This document shows, piece by piece, positions 1 through 11,478 of a stretch of DNA of 55,267 nucleotides. A model generated the notes under the pieces. It ran no database searches and was not told the origin of the DNA. It saw only the letters and a program-made list of their open reading frames with translations. The DNA comes from Candidatus Omnitrophota bacterium (GTDB taxonomy: Bacteria; Omnitrophota; Gorgyraeia; JABMRN01; RBG-13-46-9): positions 1 to 55,267 of the forward strand of contig JBDRHE010000003.1 of assembly GCA_043817155.1 (NCBI GenBank), in the 5' to 3' direction. A program made the translations under genes and the position numbers. Every line of letters starts with the position of its first letter. Position 1 is the stretch's first letter.

Positions 1-149
1 AATTGGTGTATTTAATATTTCTCGCCGCCTCCGGCGGCTTTACTCAATTGCTTTCGTTCGCGCACAAAATTTTCTGTCTTCAAGGCCACGCCGTAGCCAT
101 CTGCCTTAAGTTACACAAATGGAATTGACACAATATTTTTAACGCAACC
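1..149. mobile_element. Right part of family-F MITE, truncated by the window start
   Basis: 146/149 identical by eye to 48678-48826; ends in the same terminal repeat ...TTTTAACGCAACC. Confidence 0.85.
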
Positions 150-165
150 TGTATAGACAAAACTC

Positions 166-193
166 TTGAATAACTGACATATTATGTTATAAT
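166..193 (+). promoter_or_regulatory. Putative sigma70 promoter for the galT-like genes
   Basis: TTGAAT-16 bp-TATAAT with extended -10 TGn. Confidence 0.55.
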
Positions 194-218
194 CACGGTG
201 CAATATTATGGAGAACAT

Positions 219-1259
219 ATGGCGGAGCTGAGAAAAGATCCAATTATAGGAAGATGGGTTATTATTGCCACCGAGAGGGCTAAACGTCCGTCCGATTTCG
301 TCTTCGAAGACTCAAAGAGCGCTTCTCCGAAGGCAGGAAAATGTCCTTTTTGCGAGGGCAACGAATCTTTAACTCCACCGGAAATATTCGCCCTGAGAAA
401 GAAGCCCAGGAGCGCTAACAAGCCGGGATGGAGCGTACGTGTAGTTCCGTCCATCTCGCCCTTCCTAAAGAAAGACGGGGATCCGGACAGACACGGCAAT
501 GGCATGTATGATATTCTAAATGGAATAGGCGTACACGAAGTCGTTATTGCTACCCCGCAGCACAATTACAATATCTTTCTCGAAGATCCGGCGCAGATCG
601 AAAGACTGACCGGAGTGATCATTAAAAGGATAAAGGAGCTTAAGAAGGACACCAGGCTCAAGTACGTCCTTCTTTTTAAGAACCACGGCATCGTAGCGGG
701 AGGGAGTAGAATAAAACACCAGCATCTCCAGCTTATAGCGACCCCGATTACGCCTAAGCGCGTTAAGGAGAAGCTTGTCGGCGCGAAACGCTATTTCGAA
801 TATAAGGATAGATGTATATTTTGCGACATGATAAAGCAGGAGCTTGATAAGGCTGACAGGGTGGTAGCAGACGTTGACGATTTTGTTGCGATCAATCCAT
901 ACTGTTCAAGGTTCCCGTTTGAGACCTGGATCCTGCCGAAGAAGCATTCGTGCGATTTTGATTCCATGACCAAGAAGGCAATAAGATCATATTCAGAGAT
1001 CTTCGGACTGACAATGAAGATGTTGGCAGGAACGCTGGGCGATTTTCCATATAATATAGTTTTACACACAGCACCGTTCAGGCGTCGCAAGAAGAAGGGT
1101 TATTGGGATACTATTGCCGAAGACTACCACTGGCATATGGAGATAATGCCTCGGCTTACACAGGTCGCGGGTTTTGAATGGGGAAGCGGGTTTTATATAA
1201 ATCCAATGCCTCCCGAAGAAGCGTGCAGGTACTTGAAGGAGCATAATTCTAGCGGATAG
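219..1259 (+). CDS. galT: GalT-like (HIT superfamily) hexose-1-phosphate nucleotidyltransferase, paralog 1
   Basis: ELRKDP..WVIIATERAKRP, CPFC zinc site, HQHLQ active site, AGFEWGSG; start moved to ATG 219 after GGAG. Confidence 0.85.
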   Translation: MAELRKDPIIGRWVIIATERAKRPSDFVFEDSKSASPKAGKCPFCEGNESLTPPEIFALRKKPRSANKPGWSVRVVPSISPFLKKDGDPDRHGNGMYDILNGIGVHEVVIATPQHNYNIFLEDPAQIERLTGVIIKRIKELKKDTRLKYVLLFKNHGIVAGGSRIKHQHLQLIATPITPKRVKEKLVGAKRYFEYKDRCIFCDMIKQELDKADRVVADVDDFVAINPYCSRFPFETWILPKKHSCDFDSMTKKAIRSYSEIFGLTMKMLAGTLGDFPYNIVLHTAPFRRRKKKGYWDTIAEDYHWHMEIMPRLTQVAGFEWGSGFYINPMPPEEACRYLKEHNSSG

Positions 1260-1381
1260 GTTTGGCTCGAAGGATAAAGATTAGCGGATAGTGCATAGCG
1301 TATAGCGAACAGGTTAGAAATATAGATTTTTCCGAAACGTTAAATACTATCCTATACGCTAAACGCTATATGCTATTCGCT
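1250..1381. repeat. Family A heptamer-tandem inverted-repeat element
   Basis: TAGCGGA/TAGCGTA runs, conserved core GAAACG..AA.TACTA.CC, complementary arm CTATACG-CTAAACG-CTATATG. Confidence 0.85.
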
Positions 1382-1400
1382 CAACGATAAGGTACGAACA

Positions 1401-2386
1401 ATGTCACAACTCAGGCGGGATCCTATTACGGGACGATGGATAATAGTAAACTACGATAAGATATCGGGTCCGGGAGATTTTACCTTTGAAAAACCTGTAA
1501 AGTCGAGCAATTTGGCAAGCTGTCCTTTCTGTCAGGGGAACGAAAACATGACGCCGCCGGAAATCATTGCATATAGGAAGTTGGGTCAGCCGGATTCTCC
1601 CGGTTGGAGCGTTCGCGTTGTGCCAAACAAATACCCGGCTCTTAGCATCGACGGGGATCTGTGCAAAACAGGGTCCGGGGTGTATGACAAGATGAACGGG
1701 GTTGGAGCGCACGAAGTTATCATAGATATCCCCGATCACAAATTGGATATCGCTGATGTTGGAGATACGCAGGCTGAGGAGGTGATCCGGTCTTATCTGG
1801 GACGCAGTACCGACCTCAGAAAGGATGCGCGTTTTAAGTATATTCTGATATTCCGTAATTACGGCAGATCTGCCGGGGCGTCTCTGGAGCACCCGCATTC
1901 ACAGGTTATAGCGCTACCAATTGTACCGAAGCGCGTTAACGAAGAATTGCATTCTTCGATGAAATACTTCAATTATAAGGACAGGTGCGTATTTTGTGAT
2001 ATTTTAAATCAAGAGCTCAGTGACAAAGAACGGATAATTGAGGAGAATGAATTCTTCGTATCTTTTTGTCCCTTCATGTCAAGGTTCCCTTATGAGACAT
2101 GGATAATCCCCAAGAAACACGAATCCGCATTTGTTAGTCTGCAAAAGGAAGGGGTTAGGCCACTTGGCATCTTACTGCGTAATACAATGAAATGCTTAAA
2201 AAAAGTGTTGAAGGATCCACCGTATAATTATATAATTCATACTTCGCCCATAAATGGTTTAGAGAAAGATTACTACCACTGGCACATAGAGATCATACCG
2301 AAGTTAGTAAATGTTGCCGGGTTCGAATGGGGAAGCGGATTCTACGTCAACCCGGTTCCGCCGGAAGTAGCAGCAAGTAATCTAAA

Positions 2387-2396
<10 letters not shown>
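1401..2396 (+). CDS. galT: GalT-like hexose-1-phosphate nucleotidyltransferase, paralog 2
   Basis: CPFC, VVPNKYPAL, GASLEHPHSQ canonical motif, AGFEWGSG. Confidence 0.9.
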
Positions 2397-3606
<1,210 letters not shown>

Positions 3607-3633
3607 CTAACTATAGCATAAACCCGATAAGTT

Positions 3634-3680
3634 AAAAAAGAGGCAGTGGTAACCGAAAGAGACGGCCACTGTCTTTTTTC
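3634..3680 (+). terminator. Probable intrinsic terminator after gap
   Basis: AAAAAAGAGGCAGTGG...CCACTGTCTTTTTT stem followed by T-run. Confidence 0.7.
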
Positions 3681-3684
3681 TGTT

Positions 3685-4047
3685 AAGAAAAGAACAGAAT
3701 TCCTTCCCCAGAAAATGTTTACCTCGCCTGATTTAGAGAACGCCTTTTATTGAGATAAGAAGAGGGGATGCCGCAACTCACCCCACACAAAATGTGTGGG
3801 GTTCAAACATTGGCGGCATCCTTTTTGTATGAAAATGTTCCTACAAAGGAAACCTCTTCTCATCTCAATAAAAGGCTAACATTTTCAAATGGGGCCCCTT
3901 TGAATTCTGTTCTTCTTCTTTTTGGACGTGAAGAGGTCAGAGTAGATTGTCGGTAAAGAGAGAGAATTAAGTCGGCTACAGAATTGCCCCACACGAGCGC
4001 TGTTTGAGCATGTAAGCCAAAGGTGAGGGGCTTTGGTGCAGGCTCAG
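3685..4047. repeat. Family G composite palindromic element G1 (modules N, K, L)
   Basis: Nested stems 3685-3702/3902-3920 and 3742-3765/3853-3876; modules shared with the elements at 8.3, 27.6-28.0 and 51.5 kb. Confidence 0.8.
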
Positions 4048-4178
4048 AAACGTCCCTATCCATTATTAAAATTCTTGCAAGATTTCCTGAAAAAGTAGGT
4101 AAAGTTGGGTATACTTAGTAAATAATGTGATAGAGAGGCGCATAGTACTATACCACATAATATGTTTATAAGGATAAG

Positions 4179-6125
4179 ATGCCTACATATATAAAACTGT
4201 TAACGATAGCTGCCGGTGCGATCTGCATAGTGCGTATTTTCTACGGACTTATTCAAAAGAAGCGGGATAATAAGATAAGGGACGGGTTCGAAGGAAGGGC
4301 ATGCGAAATATTAGAGAACGCGCCGTTCGGTATGTATGTTGTAAACGATAATGGGGGCATTGACTACGTAAATATTGCCATGGCAAAGATGGCCGGGACT
4401 ATTCCCGAAAAGTTCAAAAGCATCAACGCGCTTACCCTGCCTACCTATGTGGAGATAGGATTGTCTAAAAAGATAGAAGAGGCATTGGCCGGTAACACAT
4501 TTGAAATGAGGTCCGTCAGGTATAGATCGTTCCCGGGCAACAAGAAGACCATAAGAAATTTTAGCGGCATGCCGTTTAAGGACGGTGAAGACAAGAAAGC
4601 GCTCGTCTTCGTAGAAGACATCACGGCTCACGTATTTACTGAAGAGGCGCTCGTTGAAGAGAAAAATATGGCCCAGGCCTATTTTGATCTTGCGGAGATG
4701 ATCGTTGTTATTCTGGATGTGAAAGGCCGGATCGCTCACATTAACCGTATGGGTATGGAGATGCTCGGTTCCGGCAAAGGGGAGCTGGTCGGGAAGAGCT
4801 GGTTCGACCTCTTCGATCCGGCGAAGACCAAGAAGGATATAAGCTCGATGTTCGAAGATCTCGTCTCCGGGATAACCGATAAAATAGAATACTTCGAAAC
4901 ACCCGTATTGACATCGAAGGGTGGAGAGGCAAGGATCATAGCATGGCATTATGTGACGCTCAAGGATTCAGAAGGCAATGTTGTAAACGTTCTCGGTTCA
5001 GGAGAAGATGTGACGGATCGCAAGGATGTAGAAGAGAAGATCAGGCGTCTGGCCAATTTTACATCAGAAAATCCTCAGCCGTCTTTGAGGATAGCCGAGG
5101 ATGGCGTACTTTTATACTCAAATGCCGCCAGCTTACCGATCCTGGCCGATTGGGGCGTGAAGGTCGGGGATTCTGTACCCGCCCAGTGGCGTAGCCTTGT
5201 TGAAGATGTGCTTAATTCGGGTTTAAGGGAGAACGTGGAGGTGAGGTGTAAGGGGCAAGTCTACGCATTTGCCGTAGTTCCCATAAAAGAGGCGGTCTAC
5301 GTGAATCTATATGGGCGGGATATAACGGAGGAGAAGAAGGCGATCGAAAAATTGAAAGCCGCCTACACCCAGCTTAAAGAGACGCAGTCCAATCTTATTC
5401 AGGCTGAGAAGATGCATGTGGTAGGTACCCTGGCTAGCGGTATAGCGCACGAGGTTAAGAATCCGCTGGCGGTAATAGCACAGGGTATAGAATTCTTTTC
5501 CAGGAACATTAAGACCAAAGACAAGAACCTGCATGATGTGCTAAAATATATGGATGAAGCGGTTAAAGGCGCCGATAACATAATAAAGGGTCTACTTGAT
5601 TTCAGTAGTGTTTCAAAACTAGATATGCAGCCGGAAGACCTGAACGCTGTTTTAGATCAATCACTGATGCTGGTAAAACACCAATCCGATAAATACGATG
5701 TTAAAATTGTAAAGGATTTCGGGGTACTTTCAAAGATAAAGATGGATAGAAACAAGATCAACCAGGTCTTTGTGAATCTATTTTTGAATGCTCTCTACGC
5801 GATGCCAAAAGGTGGAGAGCTGTCGATAAAGACTTATACTAAAAAATCTATCAGGAGGGGCTTCGGTTTAAAGCAGGAGAGCAAAGATGTTCTGGAGATC
5901 GAGGAGGAGATAACGATCGCTGAGATCGAAGATAGCGGAACAGGCATCCCGGCAAAGGATCTCGGCAGAATATTCGACCCGTTCTTTAGCACAAGGCGCG
6001 CCAAGGGAGGAACGGGTCTTGGCCTTTCGATCGTAAAGAACATAATCGATATGCATAACGGGAAGATAGAGATAGTGAATAGAGCCACTGGTGGGGCGAA
6101 GGTAACGGTCACACTTAGAACATAG
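4179..6125 (+). CDS. Membrane-anchored multi-PAS sensor histidine kinase
   Basis: N-terminal TM, PAS/PAC repeats (EDIT, EDVTDRK, RDITEEK), H-box AHEVKNP, N-box NLFLNA, DSGTGI, GTGLGL. Confidence 0.93.
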   Translation: MPTYIKLLTIAAGAICIVRIFYGLIQKKRDNKIRDGFEGRACEILENAPFGMYVVNDNGGIDYVNIAMAKMAGTIPEKFKSINALTLPTYVEIGLSKKIEEALAGNTFEMRSVRYRSFPGNKKTIRNFSGMPFKDGEDKKALVFVEDITAHVFTEEALVEEKNMAQAYFDLAEMIVVILDVKGRIAHINRMGMEMLGSGKGELVGKSWFDLFDPAKTKKDISSMFEDLVSGITDKIEYFETPVLTSKGGEARIIAWHYVTLKDSEGNVVNVLGSGEDVTDRKDVEEKIRRLANFTSENPQPSLRIAEDGVLLYSNAASLPILADWGVKVGDSVPAQWRSLVEDVLNSGLRENVEVRCKGQVYAFAVVPIKEAVYVNLYGRDITEEKKAIEKLKAAYTQLKETQSNLIQAEKMHVVGTLASGIAHEVKNPLAVIAQGIEFFSRNIKTKDKNLHDVLKYMDEAVKGADNIIKGLLDFSSVSKLDMQPEDLNAVLDQSLMLVKHQSDKYDVKIVKDFGVLSKIKMDRNKINQVFVNLFLNALYAMPKGGELSIKTYTKKSIRRGFGLKQESKDVLEIEEEITIAEIEDSGTGIPAKDLGRIFDPFFSTRRAKGGTGLGLSIVKNIIDMHNGKIEIVNRATGGAKVTVTLRT

Positions 6126-6140
6126 ATGGGAGGCAATTAT

Positions 6141-6524
6141 ATGGAGAGAAAACGGGTACTTATCGTTGATGATGAAGAGAACTTTGCGCATATAGTTAAG
6201 ATGAATCTCGAACAGTTCGGCGATTACGAGGTACAGGTTGAGACAAGGCCGCAAGCTGCCCTTGACAGCGCGCTACGATATAATCCTGATATCATCCTGA
6301 TGGACATAGTAATGCCGGACCAAAATGGCCTGGAAGTGCTGGAAAAATTAAAGAAGAACAAGAGGACCATGTCAATTCCTGTAGTTATGATGACGGCTGT
6401 CGATGACAACGATACAAAGATAAAAGCGTCACAAGAGTTCAGCGAAGGTTACCTTGTAAAGCCCGTAAACACAGAAGCTTTAAAGGCGAAGATAGAGGAA
6501 GTTTTAGGCAGGCGACCGAGGTAA
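6141..6524 (+). CDS. Single-domain response regulator (receiver)
   Basis: LIVDDE, MDIVMPDQNG, YLVKP; ATG 6141 follows GGAGG. Confidence 0.92.
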   Translation: MERKRVLIVDDEENFAHIVKMNLEQFGDYEVQVETRPQAALDSALRYNPDIILMDIVMPDQNGLEVLEKLKKNKRTMSIPVVMMTAVDDNDTKIKASQEFSEGYLVKPVNTEALKAKIEEVLGRRPR

Positions 6525-6532
6525 GGGGTTTC

Positions 6533-7933
6533 ATGAAGTTGCTATTTGCGTCTTCGGAGGTAGATCCTTTCGCCAAAACCGGGGGCCTCGCTGATGTAAG
6601 CGGGAGCCTCCCGAGAGCGCTCTTGTCTATTGGTTGCGAAACTACTGTTATCCTACCATTCTATAGATCCGTAAAGAAATTGGGCATCCCCCTGCCATCT
6701 TTAAAAATCGCAGAATTCGATTATAGAGAATATACAAAGGATGGCGTAAAATATATATTCGTTGTTAACGAAGAGTATTATGACAGGGACAATCTATATT
6801 CAGAGGCCGAGGGCGATTACGGGGATAACGATCTGCGTTTTTCACATTTTTGTAAAGCGATCGTAGCTTATGCGCTTGGAACTGATGCCGGCTGGGACAT
6901 CATACACTGCAATGATTGGCAGACGGGACTGGTCCCGATCTATTTGCAGCTTCGCAAATCTCCGATAAAGACGCTCTTTACCATACACAATATAGGTTAC
7001 CAGGGCCTGTTCAAAAGAGACGCGCTCGGCAAGCTGGACATCCCCGGGAGATTCTATAAAATAGAAGGGATCGAGTATTACGGCAAGATATCGTTCCTGA
7101 AGGCCGGTATCGTCTATTCAAGCGCCGTAAGCACTGTCAGCAAAGGATACAGGGACGAGATCCTTACGCCGGAATTTGGATGCGGGATGGACGGGATCTT
7201 AAGAACCCGCTCTTCCTGCGTATACGGTATTCTAAATGGGGTAGACTACAGCGAATGGGACCCTGTACAGGATAAGCACATTATATCCAGATACAATGCG
7301 GAAAGCATCGAAAAGAAGGTAGATTGCAAGAAGGATCTCATCGGGGCTATAAACTTTAGGAATGAAACCCTCGAAAGGCCGCTTATAGGCGTCATATCGC
7401 GACTAGCCGAGCAGAAGGGGATAGATCTTATAGTCGGAGCTGCCAAGGAGATCATAGACCTGGGGGCAAGTATCGTTATATTGGGAACGGGGGATGAGCG
7501 GTACAATAGCCTGTGCAAGAGCATGCAGGAAGGGCATCCGCTCTATATATCGAGTCAGATAAAATTCGATAACAGCCTGGCTCATAAAATAGAGGCCGGC
7601 AGCGATATGTTCGTTATGCCTTCGAGGTATGAGCCCTGCGGGCTGAATCAGCTGTACAGTTTAAGATATGGGACATTACCTATTGTAAGGGCTACGGGAG
7701 GTCTTGACGATACGATCGTTGATCTTTACAAGGATAAGGATAATGGCAATGGTATTAAATTCAAGGATGCGACCGAAGAGGATCTTGTAGACGCAGTTTC
7801 GCGGGCAATCGCCCTTTACAGGGATAAAGGCAGGTGGCAGAGTATATTGAAACGAATTATGAAGATGGACTTCTCCTGGAAGAGATCGGCCCTGCGCTAC
7901 AAAGAACTTTACGAAAAGATTCTTAAGTCATAA
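6533..7933 (+). CDS. glgA: Glycogen synthase (GT5)
   Basis: KTGGLADV, HCNDWQ, FTIHNIGYQG, PSRYEPCGLNQ. Confidence 0.95.
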   Translation: MKLLFASSEVDPFAKTGGLADVSGSLPRALLSIGCETTVILPFYRSVKKLGIPLPSLKIAEFDYREYTKDGVKYIFVVNEEYYDRDNLYSEAEGDYGDNDLRFSHFCKAIVAYALGTDAGWDIIHCNDWQTGLVPIYLQLRKSPIKTLFTIHNIGYQGLFKRDALGKLDIPGRFYKIEGIEYYGKISFLKAGIVYSSAVSTVSKGYRDEILTPEFGCGMDGILRTRSSCVYGILNGVDYSEWDPVQDKHIISRYNAESIEKKVDCKKDLIGAINFRNETLERPLIGVISRLAEQKGIDLIVGAAKEIIDLGASIVILGTGDERYNSLCKSMQEGHPLYISSQIKFDNSLAHKIEAGSDMFVMPSRYEPCGLNQLYSLRYGTLPIVRATGGLDDTIVDLYKDKDNGNGIKFKDATEEDLVDAVSRAIALYRDKGRWQSILKRIMKMDFSWKRSALRYKELYEKILKS

Positions 7934-7969
7934 TTTCGTTTCTCATTTCCAGCGCAAACTGAGCAGCCC

Positions 7970-8586
7970 GGGAGGCTTAAGCATAAAATATTATTCAAAG
8001 ATTCTCTTTTAGATTTATGACTCTCAAAACCGAATAAGAAGGCAAGCCCCGTTCCAAATCGCCCTATAAAAGCATTTGGATAAAGAAGATGTTCTCTGCG
8101 CAGAATACTTTTGCAATAGCTAAAAGTTCTAGTGGGCGATTTGTAACGGGGCTTGCCGCTCTCTAAGATGAACGATCATCTTAGAGAGCTCTCATCCAAA
8201 TTTCATATTGTCATAAAAGGACAAAAGATTGTCCTAAGATGTCATAATTCTTTATGGATCGATTGTATATGAAATTTGGAGAGTCGCTACAGAATTGCCC
8301 CACACGAGCATCATTAGAGCATGTCAGCCAGAGGTGAGGGGCTTCGGCGTGGGCTCATATTCTTCTTTTGTCTCTTTACAAGGTGAGAGTTGGTAATACA
8401 AGGTCTTCGTATATCTTGGCTTACGGTATTTCCTAAAGATACCAACGATCACCTTATAAAGAGACAAGATAGAAGAATCTCGGCATAATATTTTATGCTG
8501 AGCCTGTACCAAAGGCCCTCACCTACGGTGCGCTTTTTTACGGGGGATTCGGAAGAGCAAGCGGAAGAATTGTACTATAGCCGGCA
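7970..8586. repeat. Family G composite palindromic element G2 (modules L, M plus private hairpins)
   Basis: Hairpins 8041-8157, 8159-8188, 8196-8280; module L 8283-8357 resembles 3971-4047; module M 8332-8524 is the near reverse complement of 55082-55267. Confidence 0.8.
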
Positions 8587-8620
8587 AAATGTTTATGATG
8601 AATCTTAATGCATAGTAATA

Positions 8621-8649
8621 TTGACAATACAGCTAAATCTTAGTATACT
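8621..8649 (+). promoter_or_regulatory. Putative sigma70 promoter for pgk
   Basis: TTGACA-17 bp-TATACT. Confidence 0.75.
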
Positions 8650-8684
8650 ATTGTACTCATTGTATAATTTAAGGAGGTTTCTCT

Positions 8685-9863
8685 ATGAAGAAGACGATAA
8701 AGGATTTTGATATAAAGGGGAAGAGAGTGCTTATTAGAGTGGATTTTAACGTTCCCTTAGACGAGGCGCGAAATATAACGGATGATATCAGGATCAGGAA
8801 ATCTCTCGAAACCATAAAGTATGCCCTGAATGCGCCATCTAAAGTTATTCTTATGAGTCACCTTGGAAGGCCTGAGGGCGAGGTCAAGCAGGCTATGAGT
8901 TTAGCGCCCTGCGCTATTAGACTTTCACAATTGTTAGACAGAGACGTTAAGATGCTCAGCGATTGCGTAGGTTCCGATGTCGAAGAGGCAGTCGGCAAGA
9001 TGCGGGATAACGAAATAGCGCTTTTAGAAAACTTGAGATTTCATAAAGAAGAGACGAGGAATGACGCCGAATTTGCCAGGGCTCTTGCAAACCTTGGTGA
9101 TCTCTTTATAAACGACGCTTTCGGTACCTGCCATAGGGCGCATGCTTCTACAGCCGGGATAACGAAATTCCTACCAAGCGGCATGGGTTTTTTGGTAGAG
9201 AGAGAGGTAAAATATTTTGGCAAGCTGCTCGATAGTCCGGAAAGACCGTTTGCCTTGATCCTGGGGGGAGCGAAAGTCGCCGATAAGATGGGTGTAATTG
9301 AGAACATGTTAAAGATGGTAGATTACATTCTTATAGGCGGGGCGATGGCTTATACGTTCCTGAAGTCGCGTCTTAAAGGCGTGGGTAATTCGAGGATAGA
9401 AGTGGATAAGATCGAACTTGCATCCGACATCTTTAGCAAGGCCAGGGATAAGAATGTAAGCATATTTCTTCCCGAAGATCACGTTGTATCGAGAACAATA
9501 GCGCCAAATGCGAGAGCTAAAGTGGTAAGAGAACATGTACCTGATGGATGGATAGGACTTGATATCGGCCCCAGGACCATCAAAAAATATGAAGATGCAT
9601 TGAGAGATGTAAACACTGTGCTATGGAACGGCCCCCTGGGCTATTTTGAATTGAAACCTTTTAGAAAAGGAACAACAGAGATCGCAAAAGTCGTATCACG
9701 TCTTAAAGCTACAACGGTTATAGGTGGGGGCGATACTGCAGCGGCGATAAATGCTCTGGGGCTTGCGGATAAGATGAGTCATATATCCACAGGCGGCGGG
9801 GCATCCCTGGAATACCTGGAAGGCAAGGAACTCCCAGGGATAGCGGCGCTGAATGACAGATGA
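8685..9863 (+). CDS. pgk: Phosphoglycerate kinase
   Basis: RVDFNVP, SHLGRP, LLENLRF, NDAFGTCHRAHAS, HISTGGGASLE. Confidence 0.97.
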   Translation: MKKTIKDFDIKGKRVLIRVDFNVPLDEARNITDDIRIRKSLETIKYALNAPSKVILMSHLGRPEGEVKQAMSLAPCAIRLSQLLDRDVKMLSDCVGSDVEEAVGKMRDNEIALLENLRFHKEETRNDAEFARALANLGDLFINDAFGTCHRAHASTAGITKFLPSGMGFLVEREVKYFGKLLDSPERPFALILGGAKVADKMGVIENMLKMVDYILIGGAMAYTFLKSRLKGVGNSRIEVDKIELASDIFSKARDKNVSIFLPEDHVVSRTIAPNARAKVVREHVPDGWIGLDIGPRTIKKYEDALRDVNTVLWNGPLGYFELKPFRKGTTEIAKVVSRLKATTVIGGGDTAAAINALGLADKMSHISTGGGASLEYLEGKELPGIAALNDR

Positions 9864-9869
9864 TGAGAC

Positions 9870-10274
9870 CGTCTTTGCGAGGTGCCGTCGATATAGCTGC
9901 AGATTTTAAGCTACGAGGGACGAGGGACGAGAGACGATTCGTAATTACTCGTCTTTGCGAGGTGCCGTAAAAAGGTGAGCGCACCGAAGCAATTTGCTAA
10001 GTCTGTCTTTGCGAAGTGCCGTAATATAACGAGCGCACTGAAGCAATCATTTCTCCACTCGTCTTTGCGAAGTGCCGTAATATAACGAGCGCACTGAAGC
10101 AATCTCAGACTAGCTCGATGAGATTGCTTCGGCACGTTCGAATATTACGGTGCCTCGCAAAGACGAGGTGAGATGAGATTGTCCCGCCGTTACTATCGTA
10201 TGGCGGGACCCCACCATGCGAAGCATGCGGTGGGGCTTCGGCACACTCGAATATTCCGGTGCCTCGCAAAGACG
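9870..10274. repeat. Family B REP-like array with a nested family D hairpin and a short ACGAGGG heptamer run
   Basis: Four left arms GTCTTTGCGA(G/A)GTGCCGT..GAAGCAAT (first partial), two right arms GAGATTG..CCTCGCAAAGAC; D inside the last right arm at about 10182-10236. Confidence 0.9.
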
Positions 10275-10290
10275 AAGGAAAAGGCCATAT

Positions 10291-11070
10291 ATGAGAAGAC
10301 CGATAATAGCCGGGAATTGGAAGATGTACACTACCGTAGAAGAGTCTGTTACTCTGGCTAACGGCATAAAGAGAGGCTTGTCCGATCTTGATGGCGTTGA
10401 TGTCCTGTTGTGCCCGCCGTTCACGTCCCTTTGGGCCGTTTCCGGAATTATAAACGATACGAATATATCCCTTGGAGCGCAGAATATGTATTGGGATAGA
10501 GAGGGTGCTTTTACGGGAGAGATCTCCGCGTCCATGCTAAAGAGCGCCGGGTGCAAATTTGTGATAATCGGTCATTCAGAGAGAAGGGCCTATTTTGGTG
10601 AAACTAATGAGACGGTCAATAGGAAGGTTAAATACGCCCTCGCAAAAGGCCTGATGCCGATAATGTGCGTAGGTGAGAAGTTGGAAGAAAGGGAGGGCGG
10701 GAAGACATTCGACGTCATATCGTCTCACATAGAAGGTGGCCTCGCTGATCTTAGTGAAAAGGATGCAAAAGATATTATCATTGCCTATGAACCGGTTTGG
10801 GCTATTGGTACCGGTAAGAACGCGACGCCGGATCAGGCAGAGGAAGCGCATAAATTTATAAGGGGTCTGCTTGCAGATAAATTTGGCAAAAGAATTGCCG
10901 AAGAGATGCGCATCCAGTACGGTGGAAGCGTAAAACCCGACAATATAGAGATTCTCATCAAAGAAGAAGATATAGACGGGGCATTGGTTGGAGGGGCTTC
11001 TCTTAAGCCGGACTCTTTTATCGAAATAGTAAAGAAGACAGAGCAGGCTATAAAAAATAAAGTTGTATAA
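10291..11070 (+). CDS. tpiA: Triosephosphate isomerase
   Basis: IAGNWKM, GHSERR, AYEPVWAIGTG, YGGSV, LVGGASL; the ORF extension upstream of 10291 is repeat DNA. Confidence 0.97.
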   Translation: MRRPIIAGNWKMYTTVEESVTLANGIKRGLSDLDGVDVLLCPPFTSLWAVSGIINDTNISLGAQNMYWDREGAFTGEISASMLKSAGCKFVIIGHSERRAYFGETNETVNRKVKYALAKGLMPIMCVGEKLEEREGGKTFDVISSHIEGGLADLSEKDAKDIIIAYEPVWAIGTGKNATPDQAEEAHKFIRGLLADKFGKRIAEEMRIQYGGSVKPDNIEILIKEEDIDGALVGGASLKPDSFIEIVKKTEQAIKNKVV

Positions 11071-11085
11071 AAACGGAGAAATAAG

Positions 11086-11478
11086 ATGCTCTACGGTTTA
11101 GTCATGTCTGTTCACGTGATAGTATGCTTAATGTTGATCATAATAATACTTCTACAAGCCGGCCGGGGGGGCGGTTTGAGCGAAGCTTTTGGCGGTGATT
11201 CATCCCAGACCATATTTGGTACGAAAGTCTCGGTATTTTTAACAAGAGCAACGGTTGTTGCAGCAAGTTTGTTCCTTATGACGTGTCTGCTCTTGGGGAT
11301 AATGACCTCGAGAAGGGGGAAGAGTCTCATCGACTTACAAGGGAGCAGAGCGCTTCCGGCAACAATTCCTTTAACTGAAGAGACGCCAGTGGATACCGAA
11401 CAGATCCAAGAAGAAGTACAGCCGCTTAAGGAAGAGGTTGAGCCTCTTGCAAAATCCGAAGAGCCTGCACAGAACTAA
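11086..11478 (+). CDS. secG: Preprotein translocase subunit SecG
   Basis: Two TMs separated by ILLQAGRGGGLSEAFGG; conserved position after tpiA. Confidence 0.92.
   Translation: MLYGLVMSVHVIVCLMLIIIILLQAGRGGGLSEAFGGDSSQTIFGTKVSVFLTRATVVAASLFLMTCLLLGIMTSRRGKSLIDLQGSRALPATIPLTEETPVDTEQIQEEVQPLKEEVEPLAKSEEPAQN

Noticed and set aside
9870-10274. CRISPR array (repeated ~45-bp units; also at 21875-22144)
   Set aside because: Units occur as inverted left and right arms, spacers are short and reused, and there are no cas genes; this is a REP-like array.
10216-10290. N-terminal ORF extensions of tpiA (also leuC 20284, leuD 22049, argJ 30386, folK 43067, glycosylase 47890)
   Set aside because: The extensions run through repeat or intergenic DNA; family homology begins at the downstream starts.
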